Shown in pieces: positions 49,801 to 58,227 of a DNA stretch of 64,000 nt; position 1 is the first letter of the stretch, and each line of letters starts with the position of its first letter. A program made the position numbers and the translations under genes. Source of the stretch: Candidatus Latescibacterota bacterium (GTDB lineage: Bacteria; Latescibacterota; UBA2968); NCBI GenBank assembly GCA_965207885.1, contig OZ242311.1, positions 3,072,001-3,136,000 on the forward strand, read 5' to 3'. The notes under the pieces are model-generated. The model was not told where the DNA came from. It did not search any database and saw only the letters and a program-made list of their open reading frames with translations.

Positions 49801-50139
49801 TTTGCCTTCAAACCCGGTCGGCGTTCCGCCGCCAAAAAGTACGATATATTCGCCCGGATCAATCCGGGTGTTTTCAGGGAAAGTGAACGGTCCTTTTGAA
49901 CCGGGTTTCAAGTCTGACAATTGCCATCCACCGATATCAATAGACTCCGGTCCAGTATTCAGTATTTCTATAAACTCGTCCTTATTTCCGTCTCGGGTTC
50001 CATCCCTATTGGCATCGCCTCTATCTCCCGATGGCGGATCTGCAAGGATCTCATTGATTACGACAGCCGATTCAGTGTGCAAAACTTGTGCAAAAAAAAG
50101 CATTCCTGATATTACAATACCAATCCCGTATCTCACCAT
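46852..50139 (-). CDS. Secreted protein with five lamin-tail-like domains, an Ig-like domain and a C-terminal FlgD-type domain
   Basis: Signal peptide; five (V/F)(I/S).E.....D.N.DG....D.F(I/V)E..N...D(I/L).G(W/Y).L.D units; C-terminal PNPFN...IYNILGQ..R.L...WDG....SGIY. Confidence 0.85.
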   Translation of the reverse strand: MVRYGIGIVISGMLFFAQVLHTESAVVINEILADPPSGDRGDANRDGTRDGNKDEFIEILNTGPESIDIGGWQLSDLKPGSKGPFTFPENTRIDPGEYIVLFGGGTPTGFEGKVFVDDGRIGGGLSNSGDAVFLINPISGDTIASAEWGSEGGKDQSLVRYPEGTGRWVLHSASPGRGLFSPGKPRSLFDKLESLPEYVDLIAGEYVYLIPAIYSHETGETRRIEDEVLWVSWDTTIVRIEQSNKVVAVRAGETKVGFLWNGRESLHTYIRVLEKEKPPLVISEVHPNPAWGNAGDTNGDGVRHTYQDEFIEVANLSENPIDIGGYFLGDDDVPVKKLFRFPDNTVLDTQAVVVLFGGGDMPVSGRVFADDGRIGDGLSNWSDTVQLLAPDSSTVVASMGYEHSARGVSYARNEGGNYLLHNQIYEEEPTSVGRLRPGDDPIEPEGLTEEVTVPDGLVFSEILMLPEQVDANNDGIVDRDEDTFVELTNIGADTLDLSGWLLGDDDIIVSKFFSFPDNVVLVPGGYITIFGGGTPSGIPGRVLSVGDRIGNGLAGGGDVVHLIMSDSKTVARSVRVPKATPDISWLFSPGDPPELHPKIPGRHAMSPGTSPDGQAADSINTATLDIFQPPEGLVISEVYPNPAAGDAGDTNGDGGRHTYQDEFVEIANLGRHPIDIGGYYLGDDDVPVEKLFQFPDSTVLDTQAVVVLFGGGDMPVSEWIFADDGRIGDGLANGGDTVQLLAPDGSTVVSKMTYENARQGISFARDDDGNYLLHNEIYEGKSISIGRLMPGDDPIEPEGLTVPDGLVFSEILMLPEQVDVNNDGIVDRHADAFVELTNIGADTLDLSGWLLGDDDIVVSRFFSFPDDVVLVPSGYVTIFGGGTPAGIPGTVLSAEGQIGNGLSSGGDVVHLIMPDSKTVARSVRVPKATPDVSWLLLPDAPPELHPKIPGKHAMSPGTSSISEVKSDTLTGVGAVSGKPIVFDGEDQTVNSPISDNSKPGEEEENYKEGIYPSPNPFNSTTVLGFYTTGGPVYVTIYNILGQPIRRLVQQHLPAGYYRRIWDGKNDFGVSVSSGIYIILLKNNEATFTQRVALLK
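47263..49300. repeat. About 1-kb intragenic tandem duplication (two LTD domains per unit)
   Basis: About 47263-48240 and 48310-49300 share long identical stretches, e.g. ATATCGTCATCGCCGAGTAGCCACCCGCTCAGGTCGAGCGTATC; one 12-nt indel. Confidence 0.85.
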
Positions 50140-50175
50140 ATTGACCTCGCGCAATGTTTTTTTGATCGTGACATC

Positions 50176-50191
50176 TGCAAAACGCGTGCCA
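50176..50191 (-). promoter_or_regulatory. Sigma54 -24/-12 promoter of the LTD gene
   Basis: TGGCACGCGTTTTGCA is an exact match to TGGCACG-N4-TTGCW, 36 nt upstream of the ATG. Confidence 0.75.
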
Positions 50192-50220
50192 AAATCTAAA
50201 AAATGCCGCAAGAGACATTA

Positions 50221-50233
50221 AATCAGTGAGTTA
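50221..50233 (+). promoter_or_regulatory. IHF-like binding site upstream of the sigma54 promoter
   Basis: AATCAGTGAGTTA matches WATCARNNNNTTR. Confidence 0.45.
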
Positions 50234-50417
50234 TGTTCCTGAAAGGTTATATAACCAAACTCCTTGGGAGTACGAATCGTTCAATTTTCGGCAATGAATG
50301 GATCAAATTTTTCAAAAAAAAACCGACCACCAAAGTGACCGGGATTCATTTATGCTTGACGTATATGGAAAAAACGTGTTATTGATTACGTCGTCTAACC
50401 AACAGGAGGATAAGACT

Positions 50418-51194
50418 ATGGACTGTAAATTACCCGAAGACTTTCACGCAGTTCTCCAAATAGAGAATGCGTCTGAACGCTTTGAGGAAGCCTTGCAAGT
50501 CGCCGAAAAAATTTCTGCTGCTGGCGTCAAATTGTATCCCAACATGGACCACGCAGCGATCTTTACAGATCCTCCGTACCTCGTCGCGGGACCTCTAAAA
50601 ACGATGGGTTATATTGCGGGCTGGGACACCAGGTGTTATCCCTCACCTGTCGATGAACAGGATTATATCAACGTGCCATCGGGTTTGCCGTTCGGGCATC
50701 CTGCCCTCGCACGTGGCTGGTTTCACTATGTCGCAGTGGTTCATCCCGTTGACCAACCCGCGCTTGATCAGATGCTTGGGCAGGGATACGGCAATCCCTT
50801 TATCCACCACCTGACCTGGGGGATAGTGCCGCCAGATCGAAATGGCGGCGATGAATTCGACTATGCCTGCAGGATTATTTCCCACATGGTTAGCACTCGA
50901 CAACGCATCGGAGGTTATCTCAATACAGAACCGGGAACCCTGATTATGGCATTGCCTCCCGATATTACACAACATCCACGATTTGAAACCACCCTTCCCC
51001 AATTGCTCGACGGATTAGACACCGACGCTTACCAGGTTGAAACCATGCAAGGTGGCGGGTTTCTGATTCAGTTTTTTGTGCTAACTGGCGGGCGGATTGA
51101 AGTTGCACTCCGCATCAATACCCAGCAGACCTTCAATCCCAAAAGTGTACACAAAATCTCAGAAGACGAAATCAGCACTCAGCAGACAGACTAA
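50418..51194 (+). CDS. Hypothetical protein, possible VOC/glyoxalase-fold metalloenzyme
   Basis: AGGAGG RBS; MDHAAI, FIHHLTW and FLIQFF...RIEVALR segments. Confidence 0.7.
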   Translation: MDCKLPEDFHAVLQIENASERFEEALQVAEKISAAGVKLYPNMDHAAIFTDPPYLVAGPLKTMGYIAGWDTRCYPSPVDEQDYINVPSGLPFGHPALARGWFHYVAVVHPVDQPALDQMLGQGYGNPFIHHLTWGIVPPDRNGGDEFDYACRIISHMVSTRQRIGGYLNTEPGTLIMALPPDITQHPRFETTLPQLLDGLDTDAYQVETMQGGGFLIQFFVLTGGRIEVALRINTQQTFNPKSVHKISEDEISTQQTD

Positions 51195-52678
51195 AGCGCC
51201 TTCCGAAGTCGCGCAGAGCTAATATTGAGTTGATCTCGATATTTGGCTACTGTGCGCCGCGCGATATTAATGCCTTCTTCTCTTAGCATATCTGATATGT
51301 GTTGATCGCTCAACGGATTCTGTACGTCTTCATCATGAATGAGCATTGCAATTTTTTCTTTTACACTTCTGGCAGATATATCGTCATCATCGTATCGACT
51401 CAATCCTCCATCAAAAAAATATTTCAACTCATAAACGCCATGCGATGTTTGCACGTATTTGCCATTGCTCACACGGCTGATGGTCGAAATGTGCATCTGC
51501 ACCAGATCAGCTACTTCTTGAAGTACCATCGGTTTGAGAAAACCAGGACCTCGGTCAAAAAAATCAATCTGATTTTCGACAATACATCGCATGACCTTTA
51601 ACATGGTTGCGCGTCTTTGGTGAATCGCATTGATAAACCAGCGCGCAGAATTGAGTTTTTCAACGACAAATTTTTTGGTCTCTCGCAATTTTGGATCACC
51701 TCGCCCAGATTTGTCAGATTGTCTGAGCAAAGTGCGATAAACTGGACTGACACGCAATTCGGGCAGCGTGCGATCAGTCAGGGAAACGACGTATTCGTCA
51801 CCGATCTTTTGAACTTCGAGGTCGGGAATGACGTGATTGAGATTCAATGCGGGTTCCGATTCAATATTGGGTTTGGGATTGAGCGATGCGAGGACTTCTT
51901 CGACAACGCGCATATCATCCACGCTTGTATCGAGTGCCTGGCTGATCTGGCCAAACCGGCGTTTGATCCAATCGTCGAGGTGATTGCGTACCACCTTTGC
52001 AACCAAACCGTTTGTGATATTTTTTTCTTTTAACTGAATCAACAAACACTCTTGTAGATTTCGTGCACCAACACCTACTGGGTCAAGTGTCTGGATAATG
52101 CCCAAAATGCATTCTACGTTATCTTGGTTGACCCCAAGCTCATCAGCCACTTCTCCTGTCGAACATCCCAGAAATCCGTCTTCGTCAATATTGCAAATTA
52201 AATATTCGGCGATGATGCGATCACTCGGTGAAAGATCCGTAACTGCCACCTGTTCTAAAAGTGAATCTCGAAGTGTTTTTTGGGTGGTGCTGTCGTTGTG
52301 CCAGTCTTCATTGGATTCAAATTCTTCACGCGGGCTGGCATACCCGGATTCATTTAGGTAGTGGTCCCAGTCATGCTCATCGAATATGTCTGTATCGATT
52401 GTGTTTAAATCCGCTTCTTCAAACTCCAATTCCTCAACGGGTTCCTCATCCCGATCTTCATCCTCGGTTTCGTCGTCCTGTTCGAATTCAGGTTCTTCTT
52501 GTTCCAAATCCAGAGTAGCGTCTTCATCAATTTCCAGAAGCGGATTAATCTCCAATTCTTGTCGAATTAACTCCGCTAATTCCAGAGTTGGCATTTGGAG
52601 CAAGTGCAAAGATTGGATAAGTTGCGGCGCCAGTTTTTGCTGGAGCATCTGAGATTGTGTATGATCAAGACCAATCAT
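51191..52678 (-). CDS. rpoN: RNA polymerase sigma-54 factor
   Basis: PQL.QS..LLQ.P..EL, DP.GVGARNL.ECL, H.STISR and the RpoN box ARRTVAKYR. Confidence 0.97.
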   Translation of the reverse strand: MIGLDHTQSQMLQQKLAPQLIQSLHLLQMPTLELAELIRQELEINPLLEIDEDATLDLEQEEPEFEQDDETEDEDRDEEPVEELEFEEADLNTIDTDIFDEHDWDHYLNESGYASPREEFESNEDWHNDSTTQKTLRDSLLEQVAVTDLSPSDRIIAEYLICNIDEDGFLGCSTGEVADELGVNQDNVECILGIIQTLDPVGVGARNLQECLLIQLKEKNITNGLVAKVVRNHLDDWIKRRFGQISQALDTSVDDMRVVEEVLASLNPKPNIESEPALNLNHVIPDLEVQKIGDEYVVSLTDRTLPELRVSPVYRTLLRQSDKSGRGDPKLRETKKFVVEKLNSARWFINAIHQRRATMLKVMRCIVENQIDFFDRGPGFLKPMVLQEVADLVQMHISTISRVSNGKYVQTSHGVYELKYFFDGGLSRYDDDDISARSVKEKIAMLIHDEDVQNPLSDQHISDMLREEGINIARRTVAKYRDQLNISSARLRKAL

Positions 52679-53229
52679 AGTTTAACTTTCTTCACAGTGT
52701 CACCTATCCGTATTGCGCCAGAGCGAATGACCTTTGCATTTATTCCGCGCAACTGAAGCTGTTTTCCCACGGGAGAACTGATAAATTTCAGCGCGTCCAG
52801 CCCAAAACGCGCAGCAAATTTTTTACAGCCCGTGTGAGGTTGATCTGTCACCTCGATCACCGCTTCTCCCAGACTCAGTCTGGTACCCGGTGGCACATTC
52901 TCTGCACTTAAATCGAAATCCATATACAACTGATCCCCCGCCAGTGCCCAACGCTCCTTTTGCTGCGCCAACAGGGCAATCACGCGGGCGTTCATGATGT
53001 TAAGTTGCATGTCTGGATGGGCTGACCCGTCTGCCGTTTGAGAACTGCCGCGTGTTTTCCAGTTGTCGCCCACGAGTCCTTCAAACAGATCGAGTTCGCC
53101 CACTTCCAGGACCTCCCGCGCCTCAACCTGCGGTCGTCGCACAATCAATGCTAACACACCCGCATCTGTGGGCGACTGACGGATATTTTTTAATCCAGCT
53201 TCCAACTCTGCCATCGTTACATGTTTCAT
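52675..53229 (-). CDS. MOSC domain protein
   Basis: GL.GDNW, LAGDQLY.D.DLS and PHTGCKKF...RGINA motifs. Confidence 0.85.
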   Translation of the reverse strand: MKHVTMAELEAGLKNIRQSPTDAGVLALIVRRPQVEAREVLEVGELDLFEGLVGDNWKTRGSSQTADGSAHPDMQLNIMNARVIALLAQQKERWALAGDQLYMDFDLSAENVPPGTRLSLGEAVIEVTDQPHTGCKKFAARFGLDALKFISSPVGKQLQLRGINAKVIRSGAIRIGDTVKKVKL

Positions 53230-53321
53230 TCTTGTCCTCATTGGTGTTCGATAAAGAGAAAAGGCAACTTTAAATAAAATAACAAATAACAAAGAGGATT
53301 GTAAACCCTTTTCCCAATTTG

Positions 53322-54047
53322 TCACGAATCGAGGCGAAACCGGTCACCCAGATAAATGCGACGCGCTTCGTCGCTTGCTGCCAATGCCTGGGATGTACCT
53401 GATAGGAGAATTTTCCCTTCGGAGAGCAAATAGGAGCGATCTGTAATCGCCAGAGTTTCTCGCACATTGTGATCAGTAATCAAAACGCCTATATTCAGAC
53501 GTTTCAGTTCGGCAATAATATTCTGAATATCTTCAACTGCACGCGGGTCCACGCCGGCAAAAGGCTCGTCAAGCAGCATAAAAAGCGGTTCTCGAGAGAG
53601 TGCCCGCGCGATTTCCAGTCGGCGTGTTTCGCCGCCCGACAAACTATCTGCGCGTTGGTGCGATAAATGTCCTACTCCCAGATCTTCCAATACCTTGTGG
53701 GCGCGATCTAACCGTTCTGCCTTACCTATTTTCTCGTATTCGAGCACGGACAGTACATTTTCCAACACGGACATCTTCCTAAAAACTGTAGATTCCTGTG
53801 CCAAATAACCAATGCCCAGGCGTGCGCGGCGATACATGGGCAATGCAGTGATGTCTCGGTCACCTAAAAAAATGTGTCCAGCATTTGACGAAATTGCGCC
53901 GACAATGAGGTAAAAACAGGTGGTTTTTCCCGCGCCATTAGGCCCTAATAGGCCGACAATTTCACCGGGATTGACAATTAAGTTGACCTGATTGACAACC
54001 AGGCGCCGTGCGTATTTTTTGACCAATCCCTCGGCTCTCAGGTTCAC
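53322..54047 (-). CDS. lptB: LPS export ABC transporter ATPase
   Basis: GEIVGLLGPNGAGKTT, PMY.RAR.GIGYL.QE, LDEPFAGVDP and ITDHNVRETL motifs. Confidence 0.95.
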   Translation of the reverse strand: MNLRAEGLVKKYARRLVVNQVNLIVNPGEIVGLLGPNGAGKTTCFYLIVGAISSNAGHIFLGDRDITALPMYRRARLGIGYLAQESTVFRKMSVLENVLSVLEYEKIGKAERLDRAHKVLEDLGVGHLSHQRADSLSGGETRRLEIARALSREPLFMLLDEPFAGVDPRAVEDIQNIIAELKRLNIGVLITDHNVRETLAITDRSYLLSEGKILLSGTSQALAASDEARRIYLGDRFRLDS

Positions 54048-55357
54048 GGCGCATCCTCCAACTCAGCGGTATAGTGCCCTCGCACAGCCCCTTCAGCTCG
54101 GATAGATGACAACTGACCGGGAGTAAATTTCAAAAGGAGATAATCCCCAGAAACCGTCACATCATCGTTATCTTTCGTAATCCGCGTGCAATATGCTTCA
54201 TCGGAAATCGCCATCTGGGCTAACTCGCCGTTGGAAAACCACAATACAAATTTTTTGCCCCTCAGGCGGCTTTCCGATAGGCTGTCCTGGGCAATATAAG
54301 AACCGATACAGTCACCAGACAGCGTCAAACTATCCAATTTCCCATCTCTATAGGCCACTTTGAGGTCGTCGCCAGACAGCACTGCCCGCGACGTATCCCG
54401 CTCGCTCAGATTGAGTATCACATTTCCCCAGGCGTGCATGCGCTGTGGAGTCTCGTCACGAAAGACAATCCGAGCAGAATCTGAGCGTATTTTTTGTGCA
54501 TGACCATTGGCAAGAGCCATAGCATGGATGCGTGTGCTATCTGAAAGCACCATCGCATTGATGATCTGATCAGACACATCCATAAGAATTTTTGTGCCCT
54601 GTGCCGAAACGGAATCGCGCCTGCCGGGATTGGTCCAGGTCATCAATGGCCTCCCAGAAAGGACGATTGCAGAATCCGCATACGCGCCAGACCTGGCTTT
54701 GCCGCGCGTGTGTCCCTGACGCAAGATGAGGTTGCCATTGAGCAAGAGTTCTCGCCCGCGATTGACTAATGCAATGGAATCGGACTGCGCCTCGATGGTA
54801 TCGCCGTTTTCCCCTGCTATCTGTAACTGTGTCTGGCCCTGCAGATTTCCGCGCTCGCGGATCAAATCGTAGCGCAATTGGGAAGCGCGAAGTCTTCGGC
54901 CTTCGGGCAACAAAAGGATGACATCACCCTCGGCAATAAGCGAGTCCTCTTTGCTTAAAAACTGCACGATATGCGCTTCAAGCGTGCGCTGATCATCGCT
55001 TAGAAATACGTGTCCCCGAAATGTCGCGCGGTCTTCGCGGTCTTGAAATACTAGTGTATCAGCGCGAATTTCCCTCACAGTGTCTTTATAACTCACTTGA
55101 TGTACAAAAAGATAAATCGCATCTCCAACGCGTACATGTGCAGAATCGGCTTTTACAGTGAGTTGGCGCAAGCTGTCTTCATACACCACGCTCCCGCGGT
55201 AATTGCGCTGCGTCTGGTCGTTCAAGAGCAGCGTTTTCACCCAATCTGCACTGAGCTTCTGCTCGGCATTTACTCCCGAGCAGGTACATATAAGCAAAAC
55301 TCCGAGAAAGCCCCGGAGTTCTGATCGCAAAATAAAATAATGTCTGATATTTTTCAC
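54044..55357 (-). CDS. LptA/OstA-like multi-jellyroll LPS transport protein
   Basis: Repeated AD/G.V beta-jellyroll-like segments; lies between lptC and lptB with overlapping GTGA junctions. Confidence 0.7.
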   Translation of the reverse strand: MKNIRHYFILRSELRGFLGVLLICTCSGVNAEQKLSADWVKTLLLNDQTQRNYRGSVVYEDSLRQLTVKADSAHVRVGDAIYLFVHQVSYKDTVREIRADTLVFQDREDRATFRGHVFLSDDQRTLEAHIVQFLSKEDSLIAEGDVILLLPEGRRLRASQLRYDLIRERGNLQGQTQLQIAGENGDTIEAQSDSIALVNRGRELLLNGNLILRQGHTRGKARSGAYADSAIVLSGRPLMTWTNPGRRDSVSAQGTKILMDVSDQIINAMVLSDSTRIHAMALANGHAQKIRSDSARIVFRDETPQRMHAWGNVILNLSERDTSRAVLSGDDLKVAYRDGKLDSLTLSGDCIGSYIAQDSLSESRLRGKKFVLWFSNGELAQMAISDEAYCTRITKDNDDVTVSGDYLLLKFTPGQLSSIRAEGAVRGHYTAELEDAP

Positions 55358-55890
55358 GGCTTTTTGCGTCTCATCTGCGTATTTACAAACAAAAGCGTCC
55401 ACTGTTTCAGGTCTGACGAGGCATTAAAACCCACTCCGGTCTCCGTGCCATCGGGCCGAGAAATCATCACATAGCCCTCGCCCATAATGCGATCCTCATC
55501 GCGCTGCCAGCGCAGCGAATCCGTTTGCAACTGCGTGCGGTCTCGTGCCACGACAACGACATCCCCAAATACTTTCATATCGTCGCCCGATGCGTTAATT
55601 TCGCCCCTTTCAGCACTCAGCGTGGAAACTGTATCGCCCTGGGAATTAAAAAATACAACCCGAACCCCATCGGAAAAGCGGGCGGGTTCATTTTCCGACA
55701 CCTGTTGAAAAGAGCCAGCCTGAACCTGTGCTCGGGATTTGCCACGATCTGTAATCCGCGTGGACCAATGCCACATTTCTCGGTTAACCAGTGTTTCTTC
55801 CACTGCTTGCTCTACCCGATCAGCAGGAGCGCAGGCGCACAGGGTAAACAACAGAACCTCAGACGCTTTTTTTAGAAACCGATGTATCAC
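55354..55890 (-). CDS. lptC: LPS export protein LptC
   Basis: Lipobox-like LCAC; V.FF..G...STLSA..G, GDVVV and L.TDSL.W motifs; start uncertain. Confidence 0.75.
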   Translation of the reverse strand: MIHRFLKKASEVLLFTLCACAPADRVEQAVEETLVNREMWHWSTRITDRGKSRAQVQAGSFQQVSENEPARFSDGVRVVFFNSQGDTVSTLSAERGEINASGDDMKVFGDVVVVARDRTQLQTDSLRWQRDEDRIMGEGYVMISRPDGTETGVGFNASSDLKQWTLLFVNTQMRRKKP

Positions 55891-57640
55891 CAACTCGTTC
55901 CTTTGTATGAGCGACAACAGATTCTACAAAACCGTAAAACAAAGGGGCGGGCTGTTCGAGGCGCGACTTAAATTCGGGATGGGCTTGCGTAGCCACAAAA
56001 AATGGATGATCGGGTAACTCTATAAATTCCATGAGTTTGGTGCCGTCCTCTCGCCGGTGATACCCGGAAAAAATCAGGCCAAATTCATCGAGCAAATCGA
56101 CGAACTTGGGCGATACTTCATAGCGATGGCGATGGCGTTCAATCGCGCAGCACTCGCTTTCGAGAAGAACACCCAGGCGAAAAGCCTCAGCCGGATTCTT
56201 TCTCAGTTGATCGATGCGCCAGGCGTCTTCTTCCAGGCGCCCCGTGCGCTCATACAGATCGAGTACGACACTATCTCGGCGGAGTACAGCTACATATCCC
56301 CCCAGACGCATCGTGCCGCCAAAACGACTTTCTTCAATAATTTCCCGCTGGCTCATCTGAATGTCGATCACGGCATGGGGCGTGTCGGGATCATTTTCAG
56401 CCGAATTGGCATCTTCCAAGCCTACGACGTTTCGCGCATATTCAACAATGGCCATCTGAAGTCCATAACACAGCCCGAGAAATGGCAGGCCATTTTCACG
56501 CGCATAGCGAATGGCCTCAATCACGCCTTCGGCCCCCCCTTCACCAAAGGCTCCCGGGACAATAATGCCATCAAATTCTCCAAGCACATCTACGACCCCT
56601 CCCATTTCGAGGCTGGCCGAATCAATCCAGGAAATATCGATGCGCGTGTCTAAATTGGCACCGGCGTGTTCGAGAGATTGGTTCACTGAAATGTACGAAT
56701 CTGTAAATTCGTAATCGCCAATCTCGACGTATTTTCCAACCATCGCCACTTTAACTGTCTGTGAAGGCTGACGAATCTTCTGCACCAAATGCGTCCACCG
56801 CGTCCAATCGGGTTCTTTTTTGGGTTCCAGCCCCAGGTGAGCGAGCATTTTAACACCTACCTGCTCACTTTCATAGTGGATCGGAACCTGATACACAATA
56901 TCCAAATCTGGCGCGGAAATAATGCGATCTTTTGGGATATTGGCAGAAACCTCAATTTTGCGTTTTCGCACCTCATCAACCGGTCGCGTGGCGCGGCAAA
57001 TAATAAAGTCGGGTACCATGCCATGCCCGCTGAGTAGTTTGACTGCGTGTTGCGTGGGTTTGGTCTTCATCTCGTTGATATGATCGGGCACGGGCAAATA
57101 GCTAACCAGCACATACATAATATTGGCCTCGCCAATTTCCCGCTCCAGGCCCTTCATTGCAAAGAAAAATGGGATATTTTCATCGTCTCCAATGGTGCCG
57201 CCAATTTCGACCAGCGCGATATCAGACCCCTGTGCGGCCTGCTGAACTCGATCTTTGATCTCGTCAGTAATATGTGGGATCGGCTGAACGGTCTGTCCGA
57301 GATATTCGCCCCGCCGTTCACGCTCGATAACCGCGTGGTAAATTTGTCCGGTTGTAAGATTGTTTGTGCGGGGTAAATCCAGGCCGAGAAACCGCTCGTA
57401 GTTTCCCAAATCGAGATCGATCTCGCCCCCGTCATCCGTGACCCACACCTCGCCGTGTTCCGTGGGCCTGAGTGTTCCGGCATCGTAATTCAAATAGGGA
57501 TCAATTTTTATAGCCGTGGTTTTATAGCCGTAATACTGCAAAATTTTACCGATAGAAGCCGTGGCGAGTCCTTTCCCTACGCCACTGATCACCCCCCCGG
57601 CAACCACGATGTATTTTGGCTCGCGATCATGTTTTTTCAC
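55859..57640 (-). CDS. pyrG: CTP synthase
   Basis: GGVISGVGKG, KIDPYLN.DAGT, KTKPTQ, GLCYG, ERHRHRYE and HPE motifs; GTG start after GGAGG. Confidence 0.95.
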   Translation of the reverse strand: MKKHDREPKYIVVAGGVISGVGKGLATASIGKILQYYGYKTTAIKIDPYLNYDAGTLRPTEHGEVWVTDDGGEIDLDLGNYERFLGLDLPRTNNLTTGQIYHAVIERERRGEYLGQTVQPIPHITDEIKDRVQQAAQGSDIALVEIGGTIGDDENIPFFFAMKGLEREIGEANIMYVLVSYLPVPDHINEMKTKPTQHAVKLLSGHGMVPDFIICRATRPVDEVRKRKIEVSANIPKDRIISAPDLDIVYQVPIHYESEQVGVKMLAHLGLEPKKEPDWTRWTHLVQKIRQPSQTVKVAMVGKYVEIGDYEFTDSYISVNQSLEHAGANLDTRIDISWIDSASLEMGGVVDVLGEFDGIIVPGAFGEGGAEGVIEAIRYARENGLPFLGLCYGLQMAIVEYARNVVGLEDANSAENDPDTPHAVIDIQMSQREIIEESRFGGTMRLGGYVAVLRRDSVVLDLYERTGRLEEDAWRIDQLRKNPAEAFRLGVLLESECCAIERHRHRYEVSPKFVDLLDEFGLIFSGYHRREDGTKLMEFIELPDHPFFVATQAHPEFKSRLEQPAPLFYGFVESVVAHTKERVGDTSVSKKSV

Positions 57641-57703
57641 AATGTGCCTCCATCTGTGTTCGACAAAAGAAAATCGGCGGGAGTTTACCGCCGACACCTG
57701 TGC

Positions 57704-57988
57704 TTATTCAATTACTCTGGGGACGCGGAAGTGACCATGCCCAGAAAGCGGGGCATTCGCCAGCGCATCTGACCGATCCAATGAACGTCCCATTACATCG
57801 TCCCGAAACGCATTTTCCAGGGGGAGTACATGCGCTGTTGGGGGGACCTCTGTTGTATTGAGTTGATCAAGTGCCGCAACATATTCGAGCATGCGGTTCA
57901 GATCTTCGATTAGTTGCGCCTCTTCTTCCGGCGCGAAATCCAGGCGCGCAAGTTGCGCCACTTTTCGTACATCATCTTTTGAAACCAT
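57704..57988 (-). CDS. gatC: Asp/Glu-tRNA amidotransferase subunit C
   Basis: V.KVA.LARL, V.PT.H, R.D and NAP....F.VPRVIE motifs. Confidence 0.93.
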   Translation of the reverse strand: MVSKDDVRKVAQLARLDFAPEEEAQLIEDLNRMLEYVAALDQLNTTEVPPTAHVLPLENAFRDDVMGRSLDRSDALANAPLSGHGHFRVPRVIE

Positions 57989-58227
57989 AATTTCTAGCTT
58001 TCAGCGATTAACGGTCAGCGGTTTAGGGATTAGTGTTTAGCAGTTGCCCCCCACAGGGGATTATGTAAAAAACTCAATGCGTCATTCTAACCGCGTAACC
58101 ATAACGTAGTAATACAGTTACATATTGCGATACAGTGATTTCCTTAGAGATAGCGGTCTGTCTCAAGCCTTTGACCCATTACAATTCTCTATATAAAATT
58201 GTAATTTGTCAACAATAAGGTCGAAGT

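Noticed and set aside
58044-58071. Second dif-like site at the edge of the defence islet
   Set aside because: TTATGTAAAAA resembles a XerD arm, but there is no ..ATAA XerC arm at the 6-bp spacing.
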